From positions 2,656,001 through 2,720,000 of the forward strand of contig JAXHMG010000003.1 of assembly GCA_034521595.1 (NCBI GenBank): 64,000 nt of DNA, in the 5' to 3' direction. Every line of letters begins with the position of its first letter. Within the stretch, counting starts at the first letter, position 1. The position numbers were made by a program, and so were the translations under genes. Under the pieces are notes generated by a model. It was not told the DNA's origin. It did not search any database and worked only from the letters and a program-made list of their open reading frames with translations. Positions 60,210 through 64,000 of the stretch are shown here, piece by piece. Origin of the DNA: Gemmatimonadota bacterium (GTDB taxonomy: Bacteria > Gemmatimonadota > Gemmatimonadetes > Longimicrobiales > Gaopeijiaceae).

Positions 60210-61301
60210 TCACTCCTCCACCCACTCCGCCAAGAACAGATTCGTCTCGTTCGGCTCGTCGTTGAACCGATTCGATCCGAACACGAGGTATTGGCCGTCC
60301 GGGCTGAATACCGGGAATCCGTCGAACTCTTCGGAGTAGGTCACCCGGGTCAGGTCGGTGCCGTCCAGATCGATCATGTAGATCTCGAACTCCCGCCCCG
60401 ACGGATCCTCGTGATTCGAGCTGAAGAGCACCTTTTCGCCGGACGGATGCCAGTACGGTGCGAAGTTCGCACCGCCGAGGTCCGTCACCTGCCGCTTGTT
60501 CGATCCGTCCGCGTCCATCACCCAGACCTCGAGGTTCCCGGGACGGATGAGCCCCTCGTCGAGGAGCCGCAGGTATTCCTCGGTCTCCGCACCTTCTTCG
60601 GGATAGTGCGCGCGCCAGATGATCTGGGACCCGTCCGGCGAATAGAACGCGCCGCCGTCGTAGCCGACCCGGTCGGTCAGTCGTTGGACGTCCGAGCCGT
60701 CGAGGTTCATGGAGTACAACTCGAGGTCCCCGTCTCGCACGCTGGTGAACACGACACGGTCCCCGACCGGTGACACGGTCGCTTCGGCGTCGTAGCCCGG
60801 TGTGTCGGTGAGTCGCCGTACGTCGGATCCGTCGACGTTCGCGGAAAAGATGTCGTACGTATCGTAGATCGGCCACACGTATCCCCGCGACATGTCGGGC
60901 TCCGCGGGGCACGAAGCGTCGTGGTGATGGGTAGAGGAGTACAAGATCCGCTCGCCGTCGGGGTAGAAGTACGAACACGTCGTGCGCCCCTCCCCGGTGC
61001 TGACCTCGGTCGACTCAAGCGTCTCCAGGTCGAGGAGGAAGATCTGGTCGCACTCCATACCGGGCTTCGTCGCTTGGTAGACCAGGGCCGAGCCGTCAAA
61101 GGCCCAATACGCCTCGGCGTTTTCGCCTCCGGAGGTCAGTTGTCGGAGATTTCTGAAGTGGTCCTCGCCCGGCATGGTCAGCGACTCGGGATCACCCCCG
61201 TCCCCACCGTCAGCGGCCGGCTCTCCCTCCGACCCGCACGAGGAGATAAAAAGGGCCACGACGAGTGCCATGCTCATCCATGCGAACGATCGCTGTCTCA
61301 C
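60210..61301 (-). CDS. TolB-like PD40-repeat beta-propeller lipoprotein
   Basis: Lipobox ISSC; RQLTSGGENAEAYW; GYDAEATVSP; GYDGGAFYSPDG; FDGFPVFSPDG. Confidence 0.9.
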   Translation of the reverse strand: MRQRSFAWMSMALVVALFISSCGSEGEPAADGGDGGDPESLTMPGEDHFRNLRQLTSGGENAEAYWAFDGSALVYQATKPGMECDQIFLLDLETLESTEVSTGEGRTTCSYFYPDGERILYSSTHHHDASCPAEPDMSRGYVWPIYDTYDIFSANVDGSDVRRLTDTPGYDAEATVSPVGDRVVFTSVRDGDLELYSMNLDGSDVQRLTDRVGYDGGAFYSPDGSQIIWRAHYPEEGAETEEYLRLLDEGLIRPGNLEVWVMDADGSNKRQVTDLGGANFAPYWHPSGEKVLFSSNHEDPSGREFEIYMIDLDGTDLTRVTYSEEFDGFPVFSPDGQYLVFGSNRFNDEPNETNLFLAEWVEE

Positions 61302-61337
61302 GACTCTTCTCCCTTGAGGCGATTGTTCCCGAAAACC

Positions 61338-62732
61338 GTGCGTGCCCTCGTCCCGAGCGCCGTCCTGCTCGCGCTCGGCGCCGTGGCGCCCGTCTCCGGC
61401 CAAAACTGTCCCGATCCCGACAGGCTCGCCGAGGGCACGACCGGCGCCATGGCTCACGTTCGCCACCTCGCCGACGACGACCTCGAAGGGCGTGCCGTCG
61501 GCACATCCGGGGCACGCTGCGCGGCAGCCTACCTCGCCGCGCGGTTCCACGCCCTCGGGCTCGATCCGGCGGGACACGAAGGTAGCTACTTCCACACCTT
61601 TCCCGTGAGGGCCGGAGCCGAGCTCGGCCCGGACAATACGTTCACCGTGGAAGGCGAGCGCCTGGCGCTGGGTCAAGACTGGGCACCATACGGTTTTTCC
61701 GCCAGTCGGGCCGTCGAAGCGCCCCTCGTGTACGGCGGTCACGGCCTTTCCAGCCCCGGCACAGCCCGTGACCGCTTCAGTCGCATCTCGATTTCCGGCA
61801 AAGTCGTCGTCGTCGAAGCCGGGGACCCGGACGCTCCTGGCGCATCGTCCCTGCGGGCGGACCCGCGTTTCAAAGCCACGGTCGCTGCGGGGCGCGGAGC
61901 CGCCGGAATGCTCATTCTGCTCCCCGAAGGTCTCGCGCTTCCGAACGTCACCGACGAGACGAGAGACGCCCTTCCGATTCCAATCGCGGCCATCGGCGGG
62001 GCGACGGCAGCCCGCGTCCGCGCCGCCGCGCGGCAGGACCACGTCGGGGAGCTCAGAACCGACGTCCGGCCGCTCCCGGTCGATGCGCAAAACGTCGTCG
62101 CGCGGCTACCCGGCACCGATCCCGAGCACGCTTCAGAGCACATCATCGTGGGCGCACACTACGACCATCTGGGGTTCGGTGGGGAGGGCTCCCTCGAACC
62201 GGGAAGCCGAGCCGTGCACAACGGCGCCGACGACAACGCCAGTGGCACCGCCGCCGTCCTCGAGATCGCACGGGCGCTCGTCGACGGTCCCCCACGTCCC
62301 CGAAGCGTGCTCTTTATCGCCTTCACGGGTGAGGAACGGGGTTTGTGGGGCTCGGCCCGCTTCGTGACCGACCCGACGATCGACCTCGAGCGCTCGGTCG
62401 CGATGCTGAATCTCGACATGGTCGGCCGGCTCGAAGACGGACCGTTGACCGTGCTCGGGGTCGGCACCGCCTCCCGCTGGCCGACCCTCCTCGACGAGGT
62501 CAACGACGCCCTCGCCGAGCCGCACCGAATCGTCAAACGGGCGAGCGGAAGCGGTCTGTCCGACCACGCCTCCTTCCATGCGGAAGGGATCCCGGTGCTC
62601 CACTTCTTCACCGGCACCCACGAGGACTATCACCGGCCGAGCGACGACTGGGAAAAGGTCGACGGCGACGGCCTCGATCGAATCGTCACATTCGTGTCTT
62701 GCGTCGTTGAACGCCTGGCCCGCCCACGATGA
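61338..62732 (+). CDS. M28 family aminopeptidase with PA domain
   Basis: Signal peptide; LADDDLEGR; GAHYDHLG; NGADDNASG; GEERGLWGS; NLDMVGR; SDHASF; DYHRPSD. Confidence 0.92.
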   Translation: MRALVPSAVLLALGAVAPVSGQNCPDPDRLAEGTTGAMAHVRHLADDDLEGRAVGTSGARCAAAYLAARFHALGLDPAGHEGSYFHTFPVRAGAELGPDNTFTVEGERLALGQDWAPYGFSASRAVEAPLVYGGHGLSSPGTARDRFSRISISGKVVVVEAGDPDAPGASSLRADPRFKATVAAGRGAAGMLILLPEGLALPNVTDETRDALPIPIAAIGGATAARVRAAARQDHVGELRTDVRPLPVDAQNVVARLPGTDPEHASEHIIVGAHYDHLGFGGEGSLEPGSRAVHNGADDNASGTAAVLEIARALVDGPPRPRSVLFIAFTGEERGLWGSARFVTDPTIDLERSVAMLNLDMVGRLEDGPLTVLGVGTASRWPTLLDEVNDALAEPHRIVKRASGSGLSDHASFHAEGIPVLHFFTGTHEDYHRPSDDWEKVDGDGLDRIVTFVSCVVERLARPR

Positions 62733-62874
62733 GGGAACCCTGCCGGCCGTGAGCGCGTGGCGCGATGCGCGGGCCGGCGCCAATCGAGCCCACGCACCGC
62801 GCCTGGATCCGCTCCGCTCCCGAAAAGCTCGCCCCTCGGTACGACCGTGAGAATGTCGGGATGGGACGGATCGC

Positions 62875-63999
62875 TCAGGTCACCGTCTGCCGCACGTGGA
62901 TGTCCCGCGCGGCCAACTCGGTCAGATAGGCCTCGAGGGGCACGCACTCCGCCGGGGTATGCACCCCCGGCGGGATCCGCCCGGTACCCTGCAAGCGCGC
63001 CACGGCGGCCAGGGAATATCCGGTCGTCCGCATCATCGCGCTGATCCCGTGCCGCATATCGGCCACGTCGAGCAGATCGTAGCGGATTTCCCGAGCGCCC
63101 TTCGCTCCACGTCCGGCGACCACCACACGAAGCGCGACCAAGTCTTCTGCATCCGGGTCTTCCAACGAGGGGCCAACCGCACGGATGAACATCTCGCGCG
63201 GGCTGACCCGGCAGCCGTCGAACGCGATGGGCTCGTCCGAGAGCAACCCCAGGTCACGGATCGCCTTCATGAGGTCGGCGTGGCCGGGATAGCGGAGGGT
63301 CTTGTAGGTCATCGAGGCGACACGGCCTTCGTAGTCGTACGGCATCGTGGAGATGCCCCCCGCGGTGAGGAAGGCTTCGAGCTCCCCGAGGGGCGCACCG
63401 AAATCGACGCGCTCGACCTCGGTCATCGGCTCGCGCTCCACCACCCGTCCTTCTTCCAGCTTAAGGACGGGCGTCGTGTAGTAGTCCAGGACCCCTTCGA
63501 GCGAATAGGCCACGCGGTAGTTCAACGGGGGATGGGGTATGCGGGGAAGGCCACCCACGTAGATCCGCACCGAGGCGACGTCCTCGAGCGCGTCGATCCC
63601 GCCGCGCGCGAGAATGTTGACCATGCCCGGCGCCAGCCCGCAGTCCGGCACGACGGAGATGCCGGCGCTCCGAGCCTCCGCGTCGAGCTCCTGCTGGCGC
63701 CGCACGATCTCCGTATTTCCTCCGAGGTCGCAGAAGTGCGCGCCCGCCTCCACCGCGGCGCGCGCGGCCTGGAGGTTGAAATGGTACGGGAGGGCGCACA
63801 CCACCACGTCGAAGCCGCGCACCGCCTCCCCGAGCGCGCGGGGATCCGAAGCGTCGAGTCGCCGGAGGTTCAACCGGTCCCCGAGGAGCGGCGCCAGGAA
63901 GGACGCGGGCCGATCGACGTTCTGGTCGGCCACCGTGACGGCCTCCACGTCGGTCGAGTTCGCGAGGTCGAACGCGCATGCGGAGCCCTGAGCCCCACC
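62875..63999 (-). CDS. Saccharopine dehydrogenase / lysine 6-dehydrogenase family protein; 5' end lies outside the window
   Basis: Rossmann N-terminus GAQGSACAFDL; CDLGGN; DCGLAPG; VGGLP; YKTLRYPGH; AMMRTTG. Confidence 0.9.
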   Translation of the reverse strand, partial: GGAQGSACAFDLANSTDVEAVTVADQNVDRPASFLAPLLGDRLNLRRLDASDPRALGEAVRGFDVVVCALPYHFNLQAARAAVEAGAHFCDLGGNTEIVRRQQELDAEARSAGISVVPDCGLAPGMVNILARGGIDALEDVASVRIYVGGLPRIPHPPLNYRVAYSLEGVLDYYTTPVLKLEEGRVVEREPMTEVERVDFGAPLGELEAFLTAGGISTMPYDYEGRVASMTYKTLRYPGHADLMKAIRDLGLLSDEPIAFDGCRVSPREMFIRAVGPSLEDPDAEDLVALRVVVAGRGAKGAREIRYDLLDVADMRHGISAMMRTTGYSLAAVARLQGTGRIPPGVHTPAECVPLEAYLTELAARDIHVRQTVT

Positions 64000-64000
64000 C

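Noticed and set aside
61302-62090. N-terminal extension of the 626-aa TolB-like ORF, and similar extensions on moxR, queG, ppiA and the kinase-aminotransferase
   Set aside because: The extensions overlap neighbouring real genes or lack family similarity; downstream starts fit RBS, signal peptide or family N-termini better

Overview
A high-GC bacterial chromosomal segment of about 54 protein-coding genes. Gene content (DUF4159/BatA/MoxR cluster, PorV-like barrel, choice-of-anchor B, DUF5916) suggests Gemmatimonadota; this is an inference. Housekeeping genes: HU, infA, cyclophilin, ettA, gltBD, panG-like/panB/panC, queG, queE, mscS and a MazG-family gene. There are many exported hydrolases and beta-propeller proteins, and a 15 kb nine-gene MoxR-vWA envelope cluster. 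I recognised no rRNA, tRNA, CRISPR array, integrase or transposase. Most notable observations: (1) an orphan, translationally coupled pair of T4 gp19/eCIS-type tail-tube genes with no sheath, baseplate or spike in the window; (2) the MoxR-vWA cluster, which carries two DUF4159 paralogues, a caspase-fold protein lacking its catalytic Cys and a TPR-gluzincin; (3) a DeaD-like protein with degenerate helicase motifs; (4) a 3 x ~89 bp structured intergenic repeat; (5) two AT-rich patches with a shared 9-mer inside a dehydrogenase gene. Family assignments come from recognising motifs by eye, not from database searches, and refined start codons are best estimates.
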